Positions 9,000 to 19,660 of a stretch of DNA of 64,000 nucleotides are shown in pieces. The notes below the pieces were generated by a model. It was not told where the DNA came from. It made no database searches and saw only the letters and a list, made by a program, of their open reading frames with translations. Each line of letters begins with the position of its first letter. The first letter of the stretch is position 1. The stretch spans positions 67,612-131,611 of the IMG/VR virus record IMGVR_UViG_3300023181_000026; one strand, 5' to 3'. Position numbers and translations under genes: made by a program. This DNA is from a virus.

Positions 9000-10709
9000 T
9001 TAGTTCAAGCCTATTTTTTTAAGCTCTATAATTATTGTTCTTGAAGGGTCTGTATTAACAAACGCTGACATACCGTGTACCCAGAATGATCTTGACATTG
9101 TTTTAAGACTTGAAACGATATCTGAGGCTTTGGCTCCTGCATATCTACCGTTCTCATATCCCCAATACATATTGTCTCCTTCTGGCTTAACGTAGTAGAT
9201 ACTTCCTTTACGTCCACCTTCTACAAGAGTTGTACCTTGAGGTAGGTTTTGACGAGCATTTGAGTATTCTCCATCTGTTGCATCATAGATAACCATTGAA
9301 TAAGTTGTATCTGCAAATCCATAGTCATTGAAGCCTTTACTAAATCTGTCAGATCCTTCCATAAAGTCTAAAGAAGCATCATGTTCAATCTGTACAATAC
9401 CGATTCCTGGGATTGGTACTTGAGTAAATACTACTGGAGCTAATTTAAGATCTGTCAAACTTTGACCTGAAACTGGGTTCTGAGGAAGGATTCTATCTGC
9501 TCCTAAGAACGGACTCATTCCTGTAAGTTGTGCTACTACATATTTTTCGAAGATAGCTAACATATTTTGGTAAGCTTGCCATCCACATTTGAATTTAAGT
9601 CTGCGATCGTAATATTGAAGGTCTGGACGTGAAGCGAAAATATAAGAAGCTGCTTCTCTAATGTGGTTTACTGTTATTCCGTCTGGTTTGCTGTATTTGA
9701 TTAGGCGACCTCGTCTCCATTGATGCCATAAACCTTCATTTATACGTTTAGTACCATTTTGCTCTGTTAAAACTGTAGCTCTACCAAATAAAAGTTGATT
9801 AGCTTCAATTTTAATATACTCTGCCAAAGCTAGGAATTCATAAACTGATCCTACTGAAGCACCTGCTCTACGAATATTCGGAGCTGTTGGATTTGGAGTT
9901 CCCTGAGCAACTTGTCCATAAACAAACATATCTCCACCTACTTTTTGTACTTGCTCATCTAAATACATCTGAGCAAAATCCGCAGCTTTCTTTTCAAGAG
10001 CTCCAAAAGATTTTTTGTCAGCATACATAGTCCAAGAAGTTTCAACACCTCTATGGTTACCAAGAATAAACTCATTAGTTATTGTTCCAACATTGTTAGG
10101 GCTTTCAATTCCAGAATAATGAACTGAATTTTCTCCCATTGAGTGACCTACTTTAAAGTATTGTACTCCTGGTTTAAGTTTATCTGCTGGGAAGTATTTA
10201 GAAGAATCCATTTCAGCAAGAAATACCCAATGTTTAAAGCTGTCTCCTACAGGCTCTACTTCATAATCTTCAGATACTACCACTTGCATACCATATTGCT
10301 TGCTGTAAGTAAGTACGTCACCTTTAGTATAAACTTGGTCTAATACGATTGGAAATACTGAGCCATCAATACCTGGAAGATCTGAGAAATCCGAAGTATC
10401 TTCTGTTGTATAAACTCCTGATTTTTTAGTTACTGGAAGGTCATAAGTAAAACGACCATTTGGGCCATTAACTTCAAGAATTTGTTTATTCCTGAATATC
10501 TCTGTATAAAGTGGTACTCTAAATTGAAGAGTATTAGAGAAAAGGTCTAGCAGTCCTAAATGGTTATTGTTAGGATCTTCTTGATACCATGTATAAAGAG
10601 ATGGTAAGTCCGCATAACTGGACATTTTAATTTTTTTGGAGTCTGTGAAATGTATTACCCTGTCTCCGTTTACAGATAGGGGTACTCCTGCGATTAAGTT
10701 CTGATTCAT
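9000..10709 (-). CDS. Major capsid protein (crAss-like)
   Basis: 569 aa, strongest high-expression codon bias, portal-scaffold-MCP synteny, NEGLWHQW motif region resembles crAss-like MCPs. Confidence 0.85.
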   Translation of the reverse strand: MNQNLIAGVPLSVNGDRVIHFTDSKKIKMSSYADLPSLYTWYQEDPNNNHLGLLDLFSNTLQFRVPLYTEIFRNKQILEVNGPNGRFTYDLPVTKKSGVYTTEDTSDFSDLPGIDGSVFPIVLDQVYTKGDVLTYSKQYGMQVVVSEDYEVEPVGDSFKHWVFLAEMDSSKYFPADKLKPGVQYFKVGHSMGENSVHYSGIESPNNVGTITNEFILGNHRGVETSWTMYADKKSFGALEKKAADFAQMYLDEQVQKVGGDMFVYGQVAQGTPNPTAPNIRRAGASVGSVYEFLALAEYIKIEANQLLFGRATVLTEQNGTKRINEGLWHQWRRGRLIKYSKPDGITVNHIREAASYIFASRPDLQYYDRRLKFKCGWQAYQNMLAIFEKYVVAQLTGMSPFLGADRILPQNPVSGQSLTDLKLAPVVFTQVPIPGIGIVQIEHDASLDFMEGSDRFSKGFNDYGFADTTYSMVIYDATDGEYSNARQNLPQGTTLVEGGRKGSIYYVKPEGDNMYWGYENGRYAGAKASDIVSSLKTMSRSFWVHGMSAFVNTDPSRTIIIELKKIGLN

Positions 10710-10732
10710 TTATATTTGATAATTAGTTGTTT

Positions 10733-11782
10733 TTAGAGTTCGCTAAGATTTAATACTCCTGACTCTTTGTCGTTTTTAGATGTATTATAATCTACAGTTC
10801 CACTTCCTTTACCTTTATTTGTTAATTTAATTGAATTAAAGGTTTGCTGTTTCTCTGCATTAATTATTTTTGCGGCTTTGTTCTTTACATACTCTTCTTC
10901 ATTTGTAAGGAACATAGCTAATTTTACTGCTTTTTCTGGATTTTTTCTCCACTCATCATAAAGAGCATCCACGGCATAAACTCCTTTTTCGTCTGGTTTA
11001 GATAATTTATCTACTATAGTTTTCCTAAAATTATCATTTAAGTCATACTTTTTAGCTTCGTCGGATAAAGATGTTCTGTAGTTTTTTAAAGCTTCTTGTT
11101 TTTGTATTTTAGCTTCCTGTGCTTGAACTGCTTGACTTTCTAAGTAACTGTTGAATACTGTATCTATGTCTTGTTTTGCTCTTCCTGCTGCTTTATCTAA
11201 AGTTAGATTTTTCTTATGACCATCTATAATGGAGTTTATTTCAAAATCTTCAAGACCTTTATTCTTATGGTAGAATCTAACTAAATTTTCCTGATCTGCT
11301 GGATTTTCCAAGTCTAAGTTTGAAATTGGATTTGAAGGGTTTTCATAAATATTTTTATAAGTTTCAAATACTTGTGAAACATTTCCTCCGTTTTTATCAA
11401 TTTCCAAAGCCTTTAACATGATTGGGGAAAGACTGTCAGTTTTAACTGTGTCTACTTTAGCGTCCTCTTCCTTTTTAGCCATTTGGGCTTGAATAATCTC
11501 TTCAAAAACTTCTTCAGTTACATCTACTTCTTCAAATCCTTCAATGGCGTACCATTCTCCAGAATCTATTTTTCTTTGTACTAAAGCCTTATAATTAGAA
11601 GTACTTAATTCTTTTGGAATTTCGGTTGAACGTTCTTCTTTTTCGGGCTCTTCTGATTTAGGTGGGTCAGTAATATCTTCTTCCAGATTCAGAGGTATGT
11701 TTTCTTCTTGCGACTCCTCTTTAAATAGATCTTGTAAATCTAATACTTCGCCTTGGTCAATTGTTTGGTTTTCCGTTGACAT
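10733..11782 (-). CDS. Capsid scaffold/assembly protein candidate
   Basis: Acidic, helical 349 aa between portal and MCP. Confidence 0.6.
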   Translation of the reverse strand: MSTENQTIDQGEVLDLQDLFKEESQEENIPLNLEEDITDPPKSEEPEKEERSTEIPKELSTSNYKALVQRKIDSGEWYAIEGFEEVDVTEEVFEEIIQAQMAKKEEDAKVDTVKTDSLSPIMLKALEIDKNGGNVSQVFETYKNIYENPSNPISNLDLENPADQENLVRFYHKNKGLEDFEINSIIDGHKKNLTLDKAAGRAKQDIDTVFNSYLESQAVQAQEAKIQKQEALKNYRTSLSDEAKKYDLNDNFRKTIVDKLSKPDEKGVYAVDALYDEWRKNPEKAVKLAMFLTNEEEYVKNKAAKIINAEKQQTFNSIKLTNKGKGSGTVDYNTSKNDKESGVLNLSEL

Positions 11783-11791
11783 TATTTATTG

Positions 11792-11822
11792 CAAATTTAT
11801 TATTGTTTTGTTTATTTTCAAA
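11792..11822 (-). promoter_or_regulatory. Bacteroidota sigma-A type promoter for the scaffold-MCP operon
   Basis: Minus strand TTTG (11822-11819), 19-bp spacer, TAAATTTG (11799-11792). Confidence 0.75.
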
Positions 11823-11871
11823 AGAGTTAAAAATTATCTAATATGTTAAGAAAATTTCTTAGAGATGATAT

Positions 11872-14649
11872 TTAGTTTTTATTAACTAATGCTATAGTCC
11901 TATCGTTTTGTTGTTTACTCTCTCTTAACTCTACTTCTCGTTCTTTAATAGCTAACATTCTTTCTCTATAATCTGATTCGCTTTCATCTTTTCCTCGTTT
12001 TCTATCTATTTCCTGTTGTTGTAGATTTTGCTGAGCTTCTGTTTGTTGCTGTTTATTTAATACGGTGGTAGCTTGAATAGTATTTTTATATAAATCGTTT
12101 TGGAAATTTTCATTTTGAGATTTTCCTAACTTACTTATCTGAGCCACTTCAATATCTACAAGTCTATCTTTATTTTTAGAAGTTTCTTGTCTGTCCCACT
12201 GTCTTTGATTTAATTGATCTGTGCTTTCTGCTTGAGCTTGTATTTGCTCCATAGTTCTAGCATGATCTTCTGATTGTTGTTGTTGTCTTCTTGATATTGA
12301 CTGTCTTGCTATATCTAGTACTTCCTGTACTGTGTCTGACGTAATAAACTCAGCTAAAGCTAAAGTGTCATCACCTAAAGTATTTGTAGAAGTTATATAA
12401 TTTTTAAAAGTTTCTAATTCTTTTCTTTTTTTAGAGTTAGAACTAGGCAGTACATTTAGTTTTCTAGCATAGAAATTTTCATCTGTAAATTCTAATAGAG
12501 CCGTTGTATTATCAGAATCTGTGTAGAATGAACGTATGTCTTTATTATTTTTCTTAGAGTATTGAGCAACGTTAAGATGCATTTCTAAAGCCCCTTTTTT
12601 GAATCTACTAAATACGTCTAAATATTTCTCTATCTGAGCGTAACTTGCACTTTGAGAAACTTGCACTCCTTCTGCTGTTTCATACTTAGTAGGTGCTCCG
12701 AGCATTTGAGGAGTGATTCCTATCTGTTCAAAAGCGGCTTGTTTGTATAATAAAGCTCTTTCAAAGCAGTTTTGTATTTGAGGGACTAATGTTAGATTTT
12801 GAGCTTGAAAAGGCACATTTCCTGTGGCAGAATTTGTGTTTTGGCGATTACTGTCAAATGGCATAAATCCTGTTTTTCTAGCTACATTAACTAGATTCTC
12901 TAAAACTTCATCTACGCTATCACCTAGATTTCTATATTCTGCTGGAAGCATAGCCATGTCAAACATGAATATAATTCCCATTTCTTTTTCTGATAGATTC
13001 TGCACTTGATTCATTGCAAAATTATATCCTATCTGATAAGGTCTGATTATGTTAGCAAGAGAAACATCTACTATTCCAGCAACAGGTCTTTTGTTATTGT
13101 ATACATTACTATTACCCTTTAGCTGCATATCCATAGGAGTACATTTCAAATAAATATCTTCTGAAACATCTCTGTTAAATAATGATATTTTTACTCCTTC
13201 ATAAGTTACAGGTACGTAAGTGTATATTATAGTGTTTACTCTGTCTTCTAAATTCTTTTTGGCGTGTTCTTCAAGAGAGATGCTTGTTATTTTTTTAATT
13301 TCATTATCTCTAAGGAAATCTTCTAGTAAATCTTCTGTAACTATAGCAATTTCAATTCTACCTGTTTCAGGTATTCTATAAGTAAGTTCGCCGACTCTCT
13401 TATATCCTTCCCAATAAGCTTCAGTTACTTGTAGTAAATCTGTTCTTATACTTAGATCATTTCTTAATTGTTGCGCTAGTTTTAGATTTGGACTATATCC
13501 TGAATTTGAATTTCTGTAAGGTAAATATCTTGGAACTTTTACGGAATTTCCTTCTTTATCGATAATTGTTGTTTCACCTGAAGGATTTCCTGTTAAGTCT
13601 TGAATTTCTAAAGCGTAATTATAATCTGCATAACTTTCATGTGGAGCAATAACAGAACCGTGTAAGTTACTTTCAAATAGATTTTTATAACTTGTATTTT
13701 TCTCAGAGTATCCACTAACTAAAGAAGCATTTCCATTAATAAGCTTTTTTATCTGTTTCTCACTTAATTGACTTCCATATTTGTTTATTACTTGAGAAGG
13801 AGTGTAGAAATGAACTCTGCCAACATATTCTGAGTCCTGTATATCTTTAGTATCTACATCCTGAGAAAAGAAAGTGTTTCTAGGATCCCAATTTTCAGGT
13901 TCGTAAAAATCCCATCCTATTCTATAATGCCTAAAACATCTGCCTGTTAAAAGTAAATGTTCTAAATTTTCTACATCTTTATGGCTAAGATTAAACGCTT
14001 CCGTATCTTGATCTATTGTTAAGTTAGCCCATCTTACAAAGTTGTTAGTGTAGTTGGTCATATGCCTATCAATATCGGCAGGAGCCATCTCATTTCTTCT
14101 TTGCTGTATTTGTTGTATATAAGCTTGTCTTTCTTCTTCTGAATTAAACTGTGTACCGTCTAGAGTTAAACCTTCTTCAATAAGCCTTATTTCAATCTCT
14201 TTCTGTATTTCTTCTCGAACATAATTGTTTATAAGGTCTTGCTTTCTTCTTTTATATTCATTTTTGGCAAAATCATCATCAGATGTTATTGTAAATTTAT
14301 CTGAAGAAGTTTTGTAAACAGCTATAATTGCTTTAACTATAAGAGAAATAAGGTCAAAATGTTTTAACGAGTAAGGTAAATCAACTTCATCCATTAAATC
14401 TTCCAAACCTTTAAGTGCAGGTGGTAAATCTACCAGATCTGAATATATTAACTGCCCAGCCATCATCTTAAAATAATCGTTGAACTTTACGTTCTCTCTA
14501 AGTTGCTGCAATCCTATGTTTTCGAGGGCATTCATACAGCCTTCCTCCCACTTTTTATTCTTTAAGTGCATAGGAATAGCTTGTGGTGGCAAAGTCCCTA
14601 CTAAAGAGTCAAAACCATTATTACCATAAAAATAGGGAACTTCATTCAT
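11872..14649 (-). CDS. Portal protein (crAss-like)
   Basis: 925 aa, long coiled C-terminal barrel region, located between terminase/chaperonins and capsid genes. Confidence 0.85.
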   Translation of the reverse strand: MNEVPYFYGNNGFDSLVGTLPPQAIPMHLKNKKWEEGCMNALENIGLQQLRENVKFNDYFKMMAGQLIYSDLVDLPPALKGLEDLMDEVDLPYSLKHFDLISLIVKAIIAVYKTSSDKFTITSDDDFAKNEYKRRKQDLINNYVREEIQKEIEIRLIEEGLTLDGTQFNSEEERQAYIQQIQQRRNEMAPADIDRHMTNYTNNFVRWANLTIDQDTEAFNLSHKDVENLEHLLLTGRCFRHYRIGWDFYEPENWDPRNTFFSQDVDTKDIQDSEYVGRVHFYTPSQVINKYGSQLSEKQIKKLINGNASLVSGYSEKNTSYKNLFESNLHGSVIAPHESYADYNYALEIQDLTGNPSGETTIIDKEGNSVKVPRYLPYRNSNSGYSPNLKLAQQLRNDLSIRTDLLQVTEAYWEGYKRVGELTYRIPETGRIEIAIVTEDLLEDFLRDNEIKKITSISLEEHAKKNLEDRVNTIIYTYVPVTYEGVKISLFNRDVSEDIYLKCTPMDMQLKGNSNVYNNKRPVAGIVDVSLANIIRPYQIGYNFAMNQVQNLSEKEMGIIFMFDMAMLPAEYRNLGDSVDEVLENLVNVARKTGFMPFDSNRQNTNSATGNVPFQAQNLTLVPQIQNCFERALLYKQAAFEQIGITPQMLGAPTKYETAEGVQVSQSASYAQIEKYLDVFSRFKKGALEMHLNVAQYSKKNNKDIRSFYTDSDNTTALLEFTDENFYARKLNVLPSSNSKKRKELETFKNYITSTNTLGDDTLALAEFITSDTVQEVLDIARQSISRRQQQQSEDHARTMEQIQAQAESTDQLNQRQWDRQETSKNKDRLVDIEVAQISKLGKSQNENFQNDLYKNTIQATTVLNKQQQTEAQQNLQQQEIDRKRGKDESESDYRERMLAIKEREVELRESKQQNDRTIALVNKN

Positions 14650-14675
14650 TTGTAAACTTTATTATCAAGATGTTA

Positions 14676-14707
14676 CAAAAATAATATATTTCCTTATAGG
14701 TAACAAA
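14676..14707 (-). promoter_or_regulatory. Bacteroidota sigma-A type promoter for portal
   Basis: Minus strand TTTG (14707-14704), 20-bp spacer, TATTTTTG (14683-14676). Confidence 0.7.
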
Positions 14708-14723
14708 AGGTTAAGAATATCTC

Positions 14724-16310
14724 TTATATACCGTCAGCAAAAACAGGAACTGGTTTTGTAGCATAGTTTGTACAGTCTACTAATACAGCTTCGGTTGATA
14801 AGAATACTATGGCAACACTTAAAGCATTTCTTAAGGCGGATATAGTAACTCCTACAGGATCTAGTATTCCTGATTTATCTAAGTCTACTATTTTATCTTT
14901 TATTACATCGAATCCTTTTTTACCTTTTACTTTGGTTTTTAATTCTTCTATCTGTTCTTTTGAGTATCCTGCGTTTAATAGGATTTGTTGGAACGGGTAT
15001 TGAATTGAATTTTGTATTACTGTCTGACCTTCATTCTTAATTTTCATTCTTTTTGCGGCGTTTAAAAGTGCTGTTCCACCTCCTAATACCACTCCGTCTT
15101 TATAAGCTACTGTAAGGGCGTTAACAGCGTCTACAATCCTATCTCTCTTCTCTTTCATCTCCATCTCTGAAGTTGCTCCTACATATATTCTAGCTACTCC
15201 TCCTTTCAGTCTTGCAACTCTTTCCTTCAACAGTTTTAAATCCGAAACATCTTCTGTGATATTTTGAAGTTCTAAAAGTGAAGTTACTTTTTCTTCAATT
15301 AAGTTATTTGTTTTACTATTTATAAAAGATGTGTAATCCTCGGTTAAAATTAATTTCTCTATCTCTCCTAAGTCTTCTACAGTAGCTTTGGAAATATCGT
15401 CATCCTTTTCTTGTAAGAACAGTTTAGAACCACAAACCAAAGCTATATCTTCCATAGCTTCCTCTCTAAATTGTCCAAATTCTGGACTTTGCATTACAGT
15501 AACCTTAATCTTATCAGCCATTCTTGTAGATATCAATCTTTGAAGTAGTAAAGGGGCTATTTCATTACATACTATAAGTAGATGGTCACCCTGTGTTTTT
15601 TCCAGAATAGGGAGTATCTCTTCTTCTCTTTCTATTCTACCTATATATAGTAGTATTTTTGATTTTTTATATTCCGCTGTCTTTTTTATTGTGTCCTGAA
15701 AAAAATATTGAGATTCAGGAGCCATTTTCATTTTAAGTCCTTTAGAAGTTTCTACATAAGTTTTAGAAGTCCTTGATTCTTCCACTGATATAAAACCATG
15801 TTCTCCTACCTCTTGAAATGTTTCTGCTATTAGCGTTCCTATTTCATCGTCATTGTTAGCAGATATAGTAGGTATAGCTTTCATTCTTGGGAAATCATCT
15901 TTTATGCTTATTGCGGATTTTTCTAAGTAGCTTATAACATCCTCTGTTGCATTTTCCATCTCTTTTTTAAGTTGATAAAATGATTTTCCTTCCTCTAAAA
16001 CTTTTATACCTTCTTCTACAATGGCTTGAGTAAGTATGCAACTCGAACTCGTTCCGTCTCCTACAGCTTCATTAGTTTTTATTGCAGCAGAAATAATCAT
16101 ATTAGCCCCCATATTTAAATGAGGGTCTTCAAGTATTATACTATTTGCCACCGTAACTCCGTCCTTTGTGACTAAAGGTATTGAGTATGGTTGGTCTATA
16201 GCTACAGGTAATCCTTTTGCACCTGCTGTCACTTTAACCGCATTAGCTACTATGTCTAGTCCTTCTTTAAGTCCTTTTCTTGCCTCTTTACCGTAAATAA
16301 TTTTCTTCAT
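14724..16310 (-). CDS. groL: Phage-encoded chaperonin GroEL
   Basis: TKDGVTVA, AVGDGTSSS, ERVARLKGGVA, GGGTALL and GILDP motifs. Confidence 0.97.
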   Translation of the reverse strand: MKKIIYGKEARKGLKEGLDIVANAVKVTAGAKGLPVAIDQPYSIPLVTKDGVTVANSIILEDPHLNMGANMIISAAIKTNEAVGDGTSSSCILTQAIVEEGIKVLEEGKSFYQLKKEMENATEDVISYLEKSAISIKDDFPRMKAIPTISANNDDEIGTLIAETFQEVGEHGFISVEESRTSKTYVETSKGLKMKMAPESQYFFQDTIKKTAEYKKSKILLYIGRIEREEEILPILEKTQGDHLLIVCNEIAPLLLQRLISTRMADKIKVTVMQSPEFGQFREEAMEDIALVCGSKLFLQEKDDDISKATVEDLGEIEKLILTEDYTSFINSKTNNLIEEKVTSLLELQNITEDVSDLKLLKERVARLKGGVARIYVGATSEMEMKEKRDRIVDAVNALTVAYKDGVVLGGGTALLNAAKRMKIKNEGQTVIQNSIQYPFQQILLNAGYSKEQIEELKTKVKGKKGFDVIKDKIVDLDKSGILDPVGVTISALRNALSVAIVFLSTEAVLVDCTNYATKPVPVFADGI

Positions 16311-16561
16311 TATGCTCCTAAAATATCGTCTTCTCTAATTACTATTATTTCTTTTCCTTCAAGCTCTACGTTTAAACCTGTTTGTTTTTGTTTTATTATA
16401 GTTTGTCCTACAAGATCCCTATCTACTACTGAATCTCCTATAGCTATAACTTTAAACTTATAGTCTTCAAAATCAAATTCCTGATTAGAACTTGAAGTAA
16501 GTAGATTACTTTTCTTAATTTTTTCTAGAAACACTCTGTCTTTTTTTGGTTTTATCTCCAT
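16310..16561 (-). CDS. groS: Phage-encoded co-chaperonin GroES
   Basis: IKPKKDRVFLE, VIAIG, VG and IREDDILG motifs; coupled to groL. Confidence 0.9.
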   Translation of the reverse strand: MEIKPKKDRVFLEKIKKSNLLTSSSNQEFDFEDYKFKVIAIGDSVVDRDLVGQTIIKQKQTGLNVELEGKEIIVIREDDILGA

Positions 16562-19500
16562 CTTGAAAATTTACTTGTATCTGTAAAGAATTGTTTTTGT
16601 TTATATTGTCTTGATTTTTCCTTTTTCTGTTGCTGCTCTCCACTTTCCACTTTTACACCTACTGCATCTAAATAATCTGCCCAAGCTAATGCGTGTGAAA
16701 AAGCAATCATTCTATCGAAGTTGCCTCCTGCCTTGTAATTAATAATTTCGTCTAGTAAATATATATCATTAATTCTTGTAATACCAAGAGCTTTTCTAGG
16801 GCTACCATCTTCATCAAATCCTATGATCAACTCCTCATTACAATAATTTAAAAGACTTTTCATCAAATGCGACTGATTCTTAGGTGTAGGATATAGTCCA
16901 TAAGGAGTGTTAGCTGAAGCTTTTGGATTAATTCTTTTAGAGAAGTCTACTCCATCTGCTAGTAATAAATCTGCTTTTCCTTTTCTTTCCAAATATCTTA
17001 TGAATCCGATATCCGCATTTTCCATAAGACACTGCGCATTAAACCCTTCTATTAACCATTCACAGTTTCTATCGAAATTATCAGGTATTGGAGGTCTTGA
17101 ACAATAAGAAGCTAAAATACATCCTGCAAATGGATCGTCTAAAAGCCCTTCTCTTCTCAATATATAAAATGCACCTACAGATTCTGTTCCAGCTTTTGTC
17201 TGTTTATAAGGGTCAAGACCTGAAACATTTAAACCATAAGGAGGCATATCTGTAGGAATTTCATCAAATAATGTAACGGGAGCGTCATGTACTCCGCCTC
17301 CAAAAGGAAATTCAACTGGGCGTTTTGATGATAAAGTGTATTCTAACTTACTGCCTACTAAAGTTAAGTCTACTAGTTTGCCTGTTAATCCTTGTTCAAC
17401 TAAATATTGTCTGTGTCTTTGAGCTTCTTTTATAGGAAATGGATTTCCATTATCTGACCTCAATATATCATCTACATCTAGAGGATAGTACATTACATAC
17501 TTATCATACTCTGTAGGATCTTTTACTAGCTTTTTCCTATTATTAATAAATAAATCTTTTGCAAATCTCCAGTCAGTTTCACCTAGTTTTATCTTTTCTA
17601 AGTCTGGGGATGGAGTTTTTATTCTAAGATAGTCTTTAAGATTTGTTTCTTTTTTAAAATTGCCTTCTTCATATCCAAACTGGCCAGGAACAAATATTCC
17701 AAAACTTCTTCTCTTCCATGTAATTAAATCCTTCTCTTCTATTCTATTTTCTAATCTATCCCAGTTCATTGGCAATAAATCATAAGTCTCAGGATTCATC
17801 ATCATCTTTATAGCGTCTGTTGAAAGTTCCGCGTTTCCAGATGTACCAGTTAGAATCGGTACGCATTTCCAACCATGAGGTGTTTTAAATGAAGGTAAGG
17901 CAGCAGTGTAAGGTGCAATGCAATCAAATTTTCCGCAATTATGGGTAACTATGTAATCTCCCGCTATAAAAAGTTTATCTTCATTGTCTACTTTTATACA
18001 ATATGCATCATCAATTCTTGACTTTTCTATATTCGTTATATTAACTCTAGTTCTGTAAAAATCTGCCTTACCTCCTTCTCTTTTTTTAAATCTGTCTATT
18101 TTTCTTTCTAAATTAAATAGGCATTCATCTGCATAAAAATGTATTACATAAGATTTTTTACCTTGTTTATACTCTCCTTTGTATGTAAATTTGGGATACT
18201 TTATAGAAACTTTAACTCTTATACCTAGACTTCTAAGTATTCTGACTACTGAATCCTTTATTCTTTCTTCCGATGTAGATATAGACTGACCTCCTCTTTT
18301 ATCTATTGTACCATCAGTATCTCCTAAGCCTTTTATAAATTGCTTTCTTTGTTCTATACTACCTCTCTCGTAGATTTCATTTATATTTTTCAGTTTAAAA
18401 GTACCTAAGGTTTTTAGATTTTGTATGTGAGAGTTAGTCTTTCCAGCTTTTTTCTTTACGTGTATTACATCACATACTGGAGATTGCTTAGGAGTATAAC
18501 AGGAGTACTCTAGATCTATAGACTTAGCATAGTCTTTTATAGACTCTATTATTTGATTATCCATGCTTACAAAGCTCCCCCTATGGCAATTACCATCTCC
18601 TGTAAATAAGCCCATTATGTAGGGGTCTATTAATAAATCTCTTTCTTCATATTCTATAGCTTTAGATAAAGGTATACTGTAAATAGATTTTATTACTTTC
18701 TCATGTCCATATCTATGATCTTTTTGAAAATATCTAAATTTTTCTAGAAGTTCCTTTGTTGACTTTACTGAGTGTTCTTTACTATTATTATTTCTTACAG
18801 ACCATAAATGATTTTCGCAGCACTCTATTTCTCTTCCGTCTGAAAAAGATATTTTATATAATTGTCTATTTTCAAATTTATGTTTTTCGAGCACTCTAGT
18901 TAACTTTCCATCTCCTCCATATATCTCATCACCAATTTCTATATCTTTTATTGGTATAGTCTTATCTTTAAGGTAAATCAAAGTATCTTTTTGTAAAGCT
19001 TCATCTAATATAAATACACTTGGTGCAGCACCTGCTGTTTTTTCAGACTTTTTAGTTTGTCCCTTCTCTAAGTTACGTATATAAATGTCTGAGTGAACAA
19101 TAGGTGTATTAGCTTTGGTTTTCAATCCTAACTGAATGTGACTAGTCCAGTCGTTAGAATTATTCTCCATGTAGAAAGCATGGTTTATTTCCCCCATTGA
19201 AGTCTGAATAAGACGTGTTATCATCTCTAAGTCTTCTTTACTTCCCCCTGATACTGTAGCTTGAGAATTTGGCTTTATTAGTGCTTTCCAATGTGTTATT
19301 GAAGCTAAATCCGTCGATTTAGAGAACCTACGTGAGCCAAAAACTATCATTCCTTTATTACTTTTTTCAGCGTCATTATAATTTTCTGCTATAAAAAGTT
19401 CATTATCCCTCATTGGGGGTACTATGATCGGCTCCGTCCCATCTTCTTGAGGTATAGGTGTTTTAAAATAATTACAATGAAAATATAACCAAGGGTGTAC

Positions 19501-19659
19501 CCAATATCCATTTATGTTGACACCATAAGTAATTTTCTTCTTTTCTTCTTCGTAGAATTCTAAGACATCTTTACTTTGCTCCCAATAGTTTTTAGAGTTA
19601 TCATATATAGGAGGATTTTTCATGTTTATGAAAAACTCTGGACTAGTGCTTATTGACAT
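16552..19659 (-). CDS. terL: Terminase large subunit with intein (spliced product ~681 aa)
   Basis: GSRRFSKS Walker A-like motif, VFILDE Walker B, C-terminal RNase H-like nuclease (GLDPY, NFDRMIA). Confidence 0.92.
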   Translation of the reverse strand: MSISTSPEFFINMKNPPIYDNSKNYWEQSKDVLEFYEEEKKKITYGVNINGYWVHPWLYFHCNYFKTPIPQEDGTEPIIVPPMRDNELFIAENYNDAEKSNKGMIVFGSRRFSKSTDLASITHWKALIKPNSQATVSGGSKEDLEMITRLIQTSMGEINHAFYMENNSNDWTSHIQLGLKTKANTPIVHSDIYIRNLEKGQTKKSEKTAGAAPSVFILDEALQKDTLIYLKDKTIPIKDIEIGDEIYGGDGKLTRVLEKHKFENRQLYKISFSDGREIECCENHLWSVRNNNSKEHSVKSTKELLEKFRYFQKDHRYGHEKVIKSIYSIPLSKAIEYEERDLLIDPYIMGLFTGDGNCHRGSFVSMDNQIIESIKDYAKSIDLEYSCYTPKQSPVCDVIHVKKKAGKTNSHIQNLKTLGTFKLKNINEIYERGSIEQRKQFIKGLGDTDGTIDKRGGQSISTSEERIKDSVVRILRSLGIRVKVSIKYPKFTYKGEYKQGKKSYVIHFYADECLFNLERKIDRFKKREGGKADFYRTRVNITNIEKSRIDDAYCIKVDNEDKLFIAGDYIVTHNCGKFDCIAPYTAALPSFKTPHGWKCVPILTGTSGNAELSTDAIKMMMNPETYDLLPMNWDRLENRIEEKDLITWKRRSFGIFVPGQFGYEEGNFKKETNLKDYLRIKTPSPDLEKIKLGETDWRFAKDLFINNRKKLVKDPTEYDKYVMYYPLDVDDILRSDNGNPFPIKEAQRHRQYLVEQGLTGKLVDLTLVGSKLEYTLSSKRPVEFPFGGGVHDAPVTLFDEIPTDMPPYGLNVSGLDPYKQTKAGTESVGAFYILRREGLLDDPFAGCILASYCSRPPIPDNFDRNCEWLIEGFNAQCLMENADIGFIRYLERKGKADLLLADGVDFSKRINPKASANTPYGLYPTPKNQSHLMKSLLNYCNEELIIGFDEDGSPRKALGITRINDIYLLDEIINYKAGGNFDRMIAFSHALAWADYLDAVGVKVESGEQQQKKEKSRQYKQKQFFTDTSKFSRWR
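17938..18999 (-). mobile_element. Class 3 intein (354 aa) with LAGLIDADG homing endonuclease, inserted right after Walker B
   Basis: Starts ALQKDT (Ala1), block B CENHLW, blocks C/E MGLFTGDG and KGLGDTDG, block F AYCIKV, ends VTHN/C. Confidence 0.9.
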
Positions 19660-19660
19660 G

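Noticed and set aside
3862-17107. Opposite-strand or nested track ORFs (3862, 4120, 4779, 7908, 9032, 10143, 12824, 14809, 16907)
   Set aside because: Shadows of well-supported genes with no recognisable motifs.
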